A stretch of DNA of 64,000 bases from an uncultured Collinsella sp. GTDB taxonomy: Bacteria; Actinomycetota; Coriobacteriia; Coriobacteriales; Coriobacteriaceae. Below the pieces are notes generated by a model. It saw nothing but the letters and a program-made list of their open reading frames with translations, did no database searches and was not told where the DNA came from. The translations under genes and the position numbers were made by a program. Location of the stretch: contig UQYA01000002.1 of assembly GCA_900545165.1 (NCBI GenBank), positions 2,543 to 66,542 of the forward strand, written 5' to 3'. The stretch's first letter is position 1; each line of letters opens with the position of its first letter. This document shows, in pieces, positions 32,794-40,765 of the stretch.

Positions 32794-35793
32794 CTATTTC
32801 TTAAGAAGGTACGAATAGTTGTCGCGCACAGCCCTGATGGTCAGGCGGACGGCCTCGGGAAGACCGGTGTTGACGGCATCGACCGAGACGGTGCGGACCG
32901 TGCCGGCGACGCGAACCTTAAAGTGGTCCTCGTCCACGGCCAGGAAGCCCTCGTTCTCGGAGTTCTCCATGTCCTCCTCGCTCCAGAACAGGGTGAGCTT
33001 GTCCTTGTAGGGACGACCCTCCTGGTAAGGGCAGAACACGGCGCAGTTGCCGCACTCGTTGCACATGCCGTCGACATGGACGACCTGATGCTTGGCCAGG
33101 CCCGGCACCTTAATTGCCACGTTGGCGCGGTTGGGGCACACGTCGCAGCAGACCTCGCACACCGAGCCGCAGCCCAGGCAGCGGGTCTTGGTGCAGTTGC
33201 GCTTGTCGCGGCACAGCGACCCCTTGCGCTCGTAGCAGGTGTCCTCGCGGCCGGCCTGCTCGTTGCAGTCGGCGTACTTGTTAAAGTCCACACCGGCGAT
33301 GGCACGGGCGACCTCGGCGGCATCGGCGATAGCCTCGACCACGGTGGCAGGACCGCGACGGCAGTCGCCGGCAGCCCAAACGCCCTCGACGCCGGTGGAG
33401 GTGGCGGCAAGACGGCCGCGACGGTCGTGCTCGACGCCCGCGGCATCGTACAGGCTGGCATCGATGCCCTCGCCCACGGCGCAGATCACCGTGGTGGCGG
33501 AAAGCTCGACGGTCTCGCCCGTGGCGACGGGGCTGCGACGGCCGCTTGCATCCGGCTCGCCGAGCTCCATGACGTCGCAGGTCAGCACGGAGCCGTTGAG
33601 TGCCTTGGGCGCCAGCAGCTCGCAGAGCTCAACGCCGTCGGCAAGAGCAAGATCGAGCTCTTCCTCGTCGGCGGGCATCTGCTTCTTGGTGCGGCGATAC
33701 ACCAGGCGCACGTTCTTCACACCAGCCAGACGCTTGGCCACGCGGGCCGCGTCCATGGCGGTGTTGCCGGCGCCAATGACCACGACGTCCTCGCCCAGCT
33801 CGAGTTTCTCGCCCTTCTTGGCGGCCTCGAGGAACTCCAGCACATCGAGCTCGGCACCCTCGCCCAGGCCCGCAGAGCCGGGCATCCAGGCACCGGTGGC
33901 CACGACCACGTCGGTAAAGCCCTGGTCCTTGAGCTCGTCAATGGAATCAACGCGAGCGTTGAGCTGCACCTTGGCGCCAAAGGCTAGGCAGAGCTCGGCA
34001 TCGTGGGAGATATCGTCGCTCGCGATGCGGAACTCGGGAATCACGTGACGGACCACGCCACCGAGCGAATCGCGGGCCTCAAAGATGGTGACGGGCACGC
34101 CGGCACGCGTCAGGAAGAACGCCGTCGCCAGGCCGGCCGGGCCGCCGCCGATAACGGCAACGTTGCGCTCGCCGTCGTTTGCGATGGCCTGAGCACGCAG
34201 CTTGGGCAGCACGGCGGTCATGGCCTCGCGGGCGGCCTTGAGCTTGCTGGCGCGAATCTGGGCGCCCTCGGGCTCGTAGAACGCACGCTCGCAGGCACGG
34301 CCGCAGGGATGCGGGCAGATGGTGCCGGTAATGAACGGCAGAGCGTTGCGCTCGATGATGATGTTGAGCGCGTCCTCGTAGCGGCCCTCGTCAACAGCCG
34401 CCAGATAGGCGGGAATATCCTGCTGGATGGGGCAGCTCGTGCGGCACGGCGTGGTAAAGCAATCGGAAAGCGGACTCTTGCCGGCGACCTTGCGGTCGGG
34501 CAGCGGACGCAGCGGCTTCTTGTAGAGCGGGTTGGTGAGTGAGTCGGTCTGGATCGCAGTCACAGCCTCGAGCGAGACGCCCGCGAACGGCTTGCCATCC
34601 AGGTCGGTAAACTCGCCGGCCATCTGGCTAAAGCGCTCGTAGCCACCAGGCTTGAGCACGTCGGTCGCCAGGGTGACGGGCCAAATGCCGGCATCGTACA
34701 GGGCGCGGATGTTGTAGACCGTGGCACCGCCGGAGTAGCTTATGCGCAGTTTGCCATCAAACTGCTCGGTAATGCGGCGGGCAGCCTCGATGGTCAGCGA
34801 GAACAGCGAACGGCCGGACATGTACATCTCGGTGGAGGGCAGCTCGTTCCTCGTCACGTCGACGGGGAACGTGTTGGTCAGCTTGACGCCAAACTCCAGG
34901 CCGCGCTCGGCGCACAGGGCAATCAGGCGCTCGAACATAGGCACGGCATCGGCCCACTGCAGGTCCTCGCGGAAGTGCGTGTCATCGAAGACGATGTAGT
35001 CAAAGCCCAGCTCGTTGAGGCGCTGGCGGGCAAACTCATAGCCCAGCAGCGTGGGGTTGCACTTGATGTAGGTGTTGAGACCCTTCTCGGTAATCAGATA
35101 GGTCGCGATGCGCTCGATCTCCGCCGGCGGGCAGCCATGCAGGGTGGACTCGGTGATGGAGTTGGAAACGCGTGCCGGGATGGACTCGACAAACGCGGCG
35201 TCGACATGCTCAAACTTGTCCAGGTTGGCGAGCGCCCAGGCACGGCACTCGTTCCAGACGTCAGAGCCGCTGGCGTCCTTCATGCCCTCGATGTAGGCGT
35301 CGACCTTGGGGCTCTTGATGCCCTCGAGGTCATAGCCCACGGACATGTTGAAGACAAAGCCGTCCGGGCTACCTAGGCCGTACTCGCGAGCGATGAGGTG
35401 GCAGGCGAACCATGCCTTCACGTACTCGGCAAAAGCCTGCGGAACCTCGAGCTCGGTCGACCACTCGCAGTTGTAGCACTCGTCCTGCGCCACGATGCAG
35501 GGCTTGTTCACACACTTGGAGAGCTCCTCGCCGTCCATAACCTGAACGGTCTTGAGCTCAAAGAAGCGGGAACCGGCCACGTAGGATGCCACGATGTTTT
35601 GGGCAAGCTGCGTATTGGGGCCGGCGGCCGGGCCAAACGGAGTCTCGATGCGCTCGTCAAAAATGGGAAGCGCGCCCTCCTGGTTGGTCGTAACCATCTT
35701 GCGCACGCCAAAGACGGCGCCCTGAGTCTTGTGCTCCTCGATGATCCAGTTCATCAGCTGCGAAAACGGGATCGGCCTCATGATGTCGCTCAT
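32794..35793 (-). CDS. ygfK: YgfK-type Fe-S / FAD-NAD(P) oxidoreductase ('putative selenate reductase subunit YgfK' family)
   Basis: ORF trimmed to ATG 35793 (999 aa). It has an N-terminal DHOD/DPD-like barrel, a Rossmann motif VAVIGGGPAGLATAFFL, and C-terminal Cys clusters (CLGCGSVCEVCCDVCPN, CNECGNCAVFCP). Confidence 0.85.
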   Translation of the reverse strand: MSDIMRPIPFSQLMNWIIEEHKTQGAVFGVRKMVTTNQEGALPIFDERIETPFGPAAGPNTQLAQNIVASYVAGSRFFELKTVQVMDGEELSKCVNKPCIVAQDECYNCEWSTELEVPQAFAEYVKAWFACHLIAREYGLGSPDGFVFNMSVGYDLEGIKSPKVDAYIEGMKDASGSDVWNECRAWALANLDKFEHVDAAFVESIPARVSNSITESTLHGCPPAEIERIATYLITEKGLNTYIKCNPTLLGYEFARQRLNELGFDYIVFDDTHFREDLQWADAVPMFERLIALCAERGLEFGVKLTNTFPVDVTRNELPSTEMYMSGRSLFSLTIEAARRITEQFDGKLRISYSGGATVYNIRALYDAGIWPVTLATDVLKPGGYERFSQMAGEFTDLDGKPFAGVSLEAVTAIQTDSLTNPLYKKPLRPLPDRKVAGKSPLSDCFTTPCRTSCPIQQDIPAYLAAVDEGRYEDALNIIIERNALPFITGTICPHPCGRACERAFYEPEGAQIRASKLKAAREAMTAVLPKLRAQAIANDGERNVAVIGGGPAGLATAFFLTRAGVPVTIFEARDSLGGVVRHVIPEFRIASDDISHDAELCLAFGAKVQLNARVDSIDELKDQGFTDVVVATGAWMPGSAGLGEGAELDVLEFLEAAKKGEKLELGEDVVVIGAGNTAMDAARVAKRLAGVKNVRLVYRRTKKQMPADEEELDLALADGVELCELLAPKALNGSVLTCDVMELGEPDASGRRSPVATGETVELSATTVICAVGEGIDASLYDAAGVEHDRRGRLAATSTGVEGVWAAGDCRRGPATVVEAIADAAEVARAIAGVDFNKYADCNEQAGREDTCYERKGSLCRDKRNCTKTRCLGCGSVCEVCCDVCPNRANVAIKVPGLAKHQVVHVDGMCNECGNCAVFCPYQEGRPYKDKLTLFWSEEDMENSENEGFLAVDEDHFKVRVAGTVRTVSVDAVNTGLPEAVRLTIRAVRDNYSYLLKK

Positions 35794-35942
35794 AATGAGT
35801 TCCTCTCTGTAACGCCCGGCGAGACCGCGCGGCGGGCGCAAATACGGTGTAGCGCTAGCACAGCGCCGGCGACCCCGCGGAGGCCGCCTATGCGCGCGCC
35901 GGATGCGGCGAAACATCCGACGCGCGCGAATCTACTTGTGAA

Positions 35943-37298
35943 TTAGTAGGTGCGATCGTTGAGCGTGCTCCAGAGCTTCTTGGACTCGGCCATGGTCCAC
36001 GCGTTGATCTTGGCCTCATCAATCCCAACGAACTCGCGATCCTTGTACAGGACGCGGCCGTTGATGATGGTGGTGCGGCAGTTTTTGCCCATCATGCCAA
36101 AGAGCATGTGGCCGTCGATGTTCTCCTCGCTCAGCGGCGTAAAGGGCTTGTAGTCCATAACGATAACGTCGGCGGCAGCGCCGGCCTCGAGCACACCGAG
36201 CTTGCGATCGAAGTACTTGCTCGCCATCTTGGCGTTGTTCTCGAACAGCATCGTCATGGCCTCGCACCAGCCCACGTTGGGCATGGCGGCGTTGTGGCGC
36301 TGAATGATCAGGAAGACCTTAAGGCTCTCGAGCATATCGTGGGTGTAGGCGTCGGTGCCCATGCACACGGGGATGCCGCGGCGGAAGAACTCGAGCACGG
36401 GGGCGCAGCCCACGGCGTTGCCCATATTGGATTCGGGATTGTTGACCAGCCAGGTGCCGGACTCCTTGACGATATCCATCTCGGCAGGCGTCACGTGGAT
36501 GCAGTGGCCCAGCATGGTGTCGGGACCCAGCAGGTTGTGCTGCAGCAGGCGCTCGACGGGGCTGATACCACCGCGGTTGAGACGGGAGTCCCACACATCG
36601 TTCATGCCCTCGCACACATGGATGTGGAAGCCGGTCAGGCCGTTGTTGGCCTCGGCCATCTTGTCCATGGTCTCGTCCGACAGCGTAAAGGTGGCGTGAC
36701 CGCCAAACATGGCGGCGATCATGTGGTTATCGTTATCGCGACGCTCCTTGGCGGCCCACTGGGCAAACTCGGCGTTCTCGGCAATGGCCTGGTTGCATTT
36801 TTCCTGGCCGCGGCGATCGGAGACCTCGTAGCACAGGCACGAACGCATGCCCAGCTCCTGAGCTGCATCCTTAATGGTAAAGAGGCTTCCCGGGATCTCG
36901 CAGAAGCTCGCATGGTGATCGAAGATCGTGGTGACGCCATCGCGAATGGAGTCCAGAATCGTGGCATAGGCGCTTGCCTTGGTGCCGTCGAGCGTCAGAT
37001 TGTCGTCGATCTTCCACCACTGCTGCTCAAGATTCTCCAGGAAGTTGGTGGGGTTGCAGCCCTTAATGGCAAGTCCGCGGGCCAGACCCGAGTAGATGTG
37101 GGTGTGGCAGTTGATGAGTCCGGGCATGATGAGGTTGCCCTGGGCGTCGACGTACTCGGCATCCGGGTACTTGGCCTTGAGCTCGCACTCGGGACCTACT
37201 TCGACGATCGTATCTCCGTCAATGGCGACCGCACCGTTTGGAATGAACGGGGCCTGAGCGTTGCGGGTAAAGACGGAACCGTTAGCGACCAGAAGCAT
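35943..37298 (-). CDS. ssnA: SsnA-type amidohydrolase
   Basis: Trimmed to ATG 37298 (AAGGGAG upstream). The metal-binding motif PGLINCHTHIYS marks the amidohydrolase superfamily. 451 aa, as in SsnA. Confidence 0.8.
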   Translation of the reverse strand: MLLVANGSVFTRNAQAPFIPNGAVAIDGDTIVEVGPECELKAKYPDAEYVDAQGNLIMPGLINCHTHIYSGLARGLAIKGCNPTNFLENLEQQWWKIDDNLTLDGTKASAYATILDSIRDGVTTIFDHHASFCEIPGSLFTIKDAAQELGMRSCLCYEVSDRRGQEKCNQAIAENAEFAQWAAKERRDNDNHMIAAMFGGHATFTLSDETMDKMAEANNGLTGFHIHVCEGMNDVWDSRLNRGGISPVERLLQHNLLGPDTMLGHCIHVTPAEMDIVKESGTWLVNNPESNMGNAVGCAPVLEFFRRGIPVCMGTDAYTHDMLESLKVFLIIQRHNAAMPNVGWCEAMTMLFENNAKMASKYFDRKLGVLEAGAAADVIVMDYKPFTPLSEENIDGHMLFGMMGKNCRTTIINGRVLYKDREFVGIDEAKINAWTMAESKKLWSTLNDRTY

Positions 37299-37493
37299 GA
37301 ATGCTCCCTTCAACATCAGGGGCGGGGTTTGACACCTCTGACATGGCGGAGTGCGAAGCGCCGGCCTACACCGGAAACGGGCCCTCTCCCGTCAACGCTT
37401 CACCAAAGGGACAAACCCTTTGAAGTGCGGCTTGGCGCCGCATGGCGTCGGCGGACGAGGCGATGCGTCCGCCGACGAATAGCACCGAATTGG

Positions 37494-38888
37494 TTACTTC
37501 TTGCTCTCGGGCAAGACCAGATCCACGGCAGCGTCCTTGGCAGCATCGATGTGCTGAGCCACGACCGGCGTCTGCGGAAGGATCAGGTTAAGGACAATGG
37601 CCATGATGGCGGTGGGGGTTACGGCATTGGAGCCGATGACGGTGGACACCCAGGCGGGCATACCCTCGCCGGCAAGGCAGCCGCTGGCCATCCAGATACC
37701 CAGGCCAAAGACGACCGAGGTGCCGACGATGGTGGTGGTGCGCTGCGTGAGGCCCTCGCGGGTGAACATGCGCACGCCGTTCATGGTGATGGTGCCAAAG
37801 ACGCCGACGGTCGCGCCGCCGATGACGGGCTGCGGGATAGCGGAAAGGACGGCAGAGAGCTGCGGGAACAGGCCGGCGATGGCAAAGACGGCCGCGATGA
37901 TCACAAAGACCCACTTGTTGACGACCTTGTTGGAGCAGATGATGCCCACGTTCTGGCCAAGGGCGCTGGTGGGAAGACCGCCCAGCAGGCCGCCGACCAT
38001 AGAGGTGAGGCCCTGGGACACGATAGCGCCGGAGAGCTCGCGCTCGGTGGGCATACGGTCGATGGAGCCCAGGCAGGCGGCGGAGACGTCGCCGATAATC
38101 TGGATGGCGACCATGGGGAACACGACGGCGAGGGTAATGCAGACCTCGGGATCAAACTCGAGCGCGTAGGGCATGAGCTTGGGAAGGGCGAAGACCTGAG
38201 CGGTGGCGACGCTGGAGAAGTCGATCATGCCAAAGGGGATGGAGACGATCATGCCAACGATCATGCCAAAGAACACGGATCCCAGCTTGAGCGTGCCCTT
38301 GCCAAAGTTGGCGAGCGCAAAGACCACGGCGAAGGTGATAAGAGCGACGCACCAGGCCTGCGGGGTGCCCCACAGCGGCGTACCCATACCGCCGGCCATA
38401 TACTTGACGGCCGTGGGATACAGCGAAACGCCGATGGAGAAGATGACCGTACCGGTCACGACGGGCGGGAACAGCCACTTGATCTTGCTGTAGGCCAGAC
38501 CAAAGAGGACCGCGACGGCGCCGCCGACGATCTCGCCGCCCAGCAGCGCACCAAAGCTAAAGCCCGAGGCACCCATGGCCTGCAGGGCCGGCAGGAACGC
38601 GAACGAAACGCCCATGACGATGGGCAGGCCGCCGCCGATGCGACGGAAGGGAGCGAAGGCCTGAAGGGCCGTGTCGATTGCCGAAAGAATGAGCGCGACC
38701 TGGATGATGTCGGTGCTCTGCTGGCTATTAAAGCCGTAGACGCCGGCCATGATGACCGCCGGGGTAATGATGCCGGCAAACGATGCCAGTACGTGCTGAA
38801 GGGCACACGGGATCATTTCCTTAACGGGAGGCATGCCTTCGCGAGTGAACAGGGCTTCAGTGCCGTTCGTAACCGTCTCCTGGGTCAT
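37494..38888 (-). CDS. NCS2-family nucleobase (xanthine/uracil/urate-type) permease
   Basis: 464 aa and polytopic, with an NCS2-like layout and glycine-rich TM segments. Its position at the head of the xdhD operon is consistent with substrate uptake. Confidence 0.8.
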   Translation of the reverse strand: MTQETVTNGTEALFTREGMPPVKEMIPCALQHVLASFAGIITPAVIMAGVYGFNSQQSTDIIQVALILSAIDTALQAFAPFRRIGGGLPIVMGVSFAFLPALQAMGASGFSFGALLGGEIVGGAVAVLFGLAYSKIKWLFPPVVTGTVIFSIGVSLYPTAVKYMAGGMGTPLWGTPQAWCVALITFAVVFALANFGKGTLKLGSVFFGMIVGMIVSIPFGMIDFSSVATAQVFALPKLMPYALEFDPEVCITLAVVFPMVAIQIIGDVSAACLGSIDRMPTERELSGAIVSQGLTSMVGGLLGGLPTSALGQNVGIICSNKVVNKWVFVIIAAVFAIAGLFPQLSAVLSAIPQPVIGGATVGVFGTITMNGVRMFTREGLTQRTTTIVGTSVVFGLGIWMASGCLAGEGMPAWVSTVIGSNAVTPTAIMAIVLNLILPQTPVVAQHIDAAKDAAVDLVLPESKK

Positions 38889-39240
38889 TTGACCACCAAT
38901 CCTCGAAGTAGTTGTTTTCGCATCTAACGCTCTATTGTGACGCAGTGCGGGGTTGAGGTTGTGCCTTCATTGCATATCGTATTAAAGATGATTCTCATTC
39001 TCAATAATAATTTTTTGTTATCAGACTATTCTTCAGCTGAAATAACGCATTTCCGCAGGTCAGGAAAGTGTCTGGTCAAAATAACATCTAACTTTTCTTT
39101 TGGTCAACCGTTTACCGCTAAATTCCTACCGTTCGTCTGCATTACGCAATGTACCTGCGGATATACGAGATGATGGGCAGCGTGTTACCATGAGAAAAAA
39201 TTGTTATGAACATTTCCGATTTCACCCAAAGGAGTTGCCC

Positions 39241-39897
39241 GTGAACGAGACCGTACGTCGCTTTTTGCCGATGGTCGATTTTCTGGAGCAGATACTCGGC
39301 AAAAACAGCGAAATCGTGCTGCACGATTTCTCGGATCCCGACCACGCCATCGTTGATATTCGCAACGGCATCGTGAGCGGCCGCAAGGTCGGCGGTCCCG
39401 CCACCGATCTGGCACTCAAGATCATGCACGACGCCAAGTATCGCGACCTGCCGTTTATTACGGGCTACGAGGGGCGCGGTGCCGGCGGCAAGACGTTGGA
39501 GTCAGCGACGTACTTTATCCGCGAGAATGACGAGATCGTCGGTATGCTCTGCGTCAACACCGACCTCTCGACCGTGCGCTCCATCAACGCCATGGCGCAG
39601 CAGCTCATGGCGTGCTTCGACGCGGCGCCGACGCGCACGGAGCCCGCCCCTATCGAGGTCGAAAGCCTTTCGGAGTCCACGCAGGAGCTCATCGACCGCA
39701 GCATTGCCGAGTTGCTGAGCGCGCGCGGGCTGGATGTAGCGTCGCTTGGTCAGAGCGACCGCGTGGACGTCATTCGCCACCTCAACGGCAACGGGGTGTT
39801 CATGCTCAAGGGCGCCGTGGCCTGCGCCGCCACCGCGCTGGGCATCTCGGAGCCCAGCGTCTACCGCTACCTGCAAAAAGTTCGCAAGGAGGGCTAA
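39241..39897 (+). CDS. YheO-like PAS/HTH transcriptional regulator (second paralogue)
   Basis: ORF 39100..39897 trimmed to GTG 39241 (AAAGGAG 7 nt upstream). It reads EIVLHDFSDPDHAIVDIRNGIVSGRK...MLCVNTDLS..., ending in the HTH ALGISEPSVYRYLQKV. It is collinear with 6025-6678. Confidence 0.7.
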   Translation: MNETVRRFLPMVDFLEQILGKNSEIVLHDFSDPDHAIVDIRNGIVSGRKVGGPATDLALKIMHDAKYRDLPFITGYEGRGAGGKTLESATYFIRENDEIVGMLCVNTDLSTVRSINAMAQQLMACFDAAPTRTEPAPIEVESLSESTQELIDRSIAELLSARGLDVASLGQSDRVDVIRHLNGNGVFMLKGAVACAATALGISEPSVYRYLQKVRKEG

Positions 39898-39941
39898 CGG
39901 GCAAAATGGAGCGCGGCTCCACAAGCGATCCGTCACTTAAC

Positions 39942-39980
39942 AAAAGACCCTGCAGCTCGCACGCGCTGCAGGGTCTTTTT
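39942..39980. terminator. bidirectional rho-independent terminator
   Basis: AAAAGACCCTGCAGC-(8 nt)-GCTGCAGGGTCTTTTT, between the convergent regulator (stop 39897) and ridA (stop 40010). Confidence 0.75.
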
Positions 39981-40009
39981 GCATGTCATGTTTAGTTGTT
40001 GCCAACGCC

Positions 40010-40387
40010 TTAGTGAGCGGCGACGACCTCGATCTCGACCAGACCGCCAGCCGGAAGGGCGGCAACCTGGAAAGCGCTGCGCGCGGGGAACGGAGCCTCG
40101 AACTTGGAGGCGTAGATCTCGTTCACGGCAGCGAAGTCGGCAATGTCGGCCAGGTAGACCGTGGTCTTGACGACATCGGCAAACGTAGCGCCGGCGGCAG
40201 TCAGCAGGGCCTCGACGTTGGCAAGGGACTGCTTGGCCTGGGCCTCGACGCCCTCGGGCATCTTGCCAGTTGCGGGGTCGATGCCCAGCTGGCCGGACAG
40301 GAACACCATGTTGCCGGCCTGGATACCGGGGGAATACGGGCCGATGGCTGCGGGTGCGTTATCGGAAGACACGACGGTCTTGCTCAT
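40010..40387 (-). CDS. ridA: RidA-family reactive enamine/imine deaminase
   Basis: Trimmed to ATG 40387 (AAGGAG upstream); 125 aa. It reads APAAIGPYSPGIQAGNMVFLSGQLG...PARSAFQVAALP..VEIE, which is typical RidA/YjgF. Confidence 0.85.
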   Translation of the reverse strand: MSKTVVSSDNAPAAIGPYSPGIQAGNMVFLSGQLGIDPATGKMPEGVEAQAKQSLANVEALLTAAGATFADVVKTTVYLADIADFAAVNEIYASKFEAPFPARSAFQVAALPAGGLVEIEVVAAH

Positions 40388-40587
40388 GTTTTTCTCCTTA
40401 CGATCAATTGAGAGAGCGTGAGCGCGGCGTTCGCACCGGGAGGCACAATTCGGTCTGAACACCGCGCTTGATTGGGATAGTAAGTGAGCTTTTTGCTCGA
40501 TGCAAGATTATTATTACGTTACGAGAATATTTTATCGCCCAACGGCGCCTGTCGGCCGCTAAACGGCACGACCGGACGGTGAGGCTC

Positions 40588-40659
40588 AAAATGATCCGTT
40601 TCCCTCCGTCCCCATCGGATCAGGTGATCCATAGGGGACGGAGGGAAACGGATCATTTT
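40588..40659. repeat. 26-bp perfect inverted repeat with 20-nt spacer (itself a GGATCA/TGATCC mini-palindrome)
   Basis: AAAATGATCCGTTTCCCTCCGTCCCC (40588-40613) is the exact reverse complement of 40634-40659. It lies between the divergent ridA and U32 genes. Confidence 0.85.
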
Positions 40660-40765
40660 TGCTACAAGGGCTGCTGAAGACTTTGTCCTGCTTAGGCTGC
40701 GGGCGTCGCTCACCGCAGCGACGCCACTATACTTTCGAATATCTGAGCATTTTGAAAGGCAGGAT

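Noticed and set aside
36108-38927. 939-aa plus-strand ORF
   Set aside because: It is antisense to ssnA and the NCS2 permease. The translation is a Gly/Asp/Ala/His-rich shadow.
38889-39240. Purine riboswitch upstream of the NCS2 permease operon
   Set aside because: I read both strands of the leader. I did not find the conserved purine-riboswitch core, a three-way junction with UAUAAU...GGAUAUGG-type elements. Only a 5-bp TTTCC/GGAAA dyad is present.
1-40387. Selenocysteine recoding in the 'selenium-associated' yge/ygf genes
   Set aside because: All cluster ORFs are uninterrupted. I saw no in-frame TGA splitting a gene and no obvious SECIS-like hairpin. The selenium link, if any, would be through the cofactor rather than Sec.
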